Shown here: positions 63,051-64,000 of the stretch, piece after piece
Position numbering within the stretch: the first letter of the stretch is position 1
How the letters are laid out: each line of letters begins with the position of its first letter
Assembly: GCF_006345805.1 (NCBI RefSeq)
Contig: NC_043000.1
Coordinates: forward strand, 143,220,001 to 143,284,000
Direction: 5' to 3'
DNA: 64,000 nucleotides
Origin: Octopus sinensis
Taxonomy: Eukaryota
Made by a program: the position numbers and the translations under genes
The notes under the pieces: model-generated
What the model was told of the DNA's origin: nothing
Databases searched by the model: none
The model's input: the letters and a program-made list of their open reading frames with translations, nothing else

Positions 63051-64000
63051 AACATTAGTAGCAGCACCTGCAGCAGCAGCAACAGTGGTGTTAGTGATGG
63101 TGGTTTTGGCGCTGATGGTTGTATTAGTGTAACGTGATTAGTAGTGTTTTAGTCGTTCAATCTCAGGTCAATCCTGATTGACCAGATACATGATCAATGG
63201 CGTTCAAACCGTAACAACCGCTCGTGTCTGGCAGTGTCTTCTAAAGCCCACTTTATCTAATATGTTATTTCCTATGTGATGATGTGGGGGAAGAAGAAGA
63301 ATCCAATATCATTAATCAGTAACGAGCAACCACATAGAAGCCTCGCACTGGTCTTGATGGTGTTAGTAGTCAACGTGACAACGTTGTTGATTAGCCCTAG
63401 GTCAAAAGGTGTCCAGCCTCTGGCAATGGCCGTCTCATGTTTTTCTACCAAAGCATAGTGAACTATATTATCCAATGTGTCTTCTTTTAAGAAAATACTG
63501 TGTGATTGGGAAATTAGGCTGCAATTTCTTACTAGTCGACTAAATACATAGATCCCCATTGTTAGTCTGATTGAATGTTAGTTTGCTAGTTTGTATAGTG
63601 TAGTGGTTAAGGTGTTTGACTCATGATCATAAGGCCGTGGTTTCAGTTCATGGACCGGGTAACATAACTCATCCTTCATTTCATATGGCTTACAACAGTT
63701 TGGTTAGATTTGTTGAGTACAAGCTATGTGTGGCGCAGCCCTCTTTTACCCCGCCTGCTTCATCCTGGATATTCTGCTGGCGTAAAAGATTTGGGCGTGA
63801 GGTTAGAAAGTGTCTGCGACAACACAGGTACTTAAAGGTTTCAGAGAAAGCATGGCACATGTTGGAAAGCTCTACTTGATCGCGAATGAAGGCTGGCTGT
63901 ACTTCGGTCTGCTGCTATTCTTTTTGCCTGAGTAATCATGAGTTTACTGTTGTCTATATCAGATAAGCACCTAACTGAGAATACCTATTTCTTTACTATC

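Noticed and set aside
62548-63137. 160-195 aa poly-L/T/V ORFs, and poly-I/L/N ORFs at 2288-3719, 44251-44924, 58007-58397
   Set aside because: Triplet microsatellites lacking stops; only the non-repeat end of 58007-58324 is real (R4-like C-terminus).

Overview
AT-rich, repeat-saturated animal genomic DNA, most likely from an octopod cephalopod. That assignment is inferred from a mollusc-type 5S sequence, tRNA-headed SINEs of the octopus type and extreme microsatellite density. I could not support any host protein-coding exon; nearly all ORFs in the supplied track are translations of microsatellites or SINEs. The window holds at least five tRNA-derived SINE families, decayed LINE remnants (CR1, R4/Dong-type REL, L1/Tx1, RTE), two Helitron remnants, mariner and hAT MITEs, and a 5S rRNA pseudogene. 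The main unexplained signal is a dense set of hammerhead ribozyme (HHR)-like motifs: about 12 recognisable ones plus several truncated or weak ones. They sit in Penelope-like (PLE) termini and foldback elements, mostly beside (TA)n, and their stem III is a different palindrome in each family. They include one fully canonical minimal type I HHR (56809-56851), a family with a recurring variant core (CCGAUGA), a class with 50-85 nt expansions of stem II, and a tRNA-headed SINE carrying an HHR, present as a head-to-head palindrome (36378-36861). All RNA folds were derived by eye and no ribozyme activity is shown.
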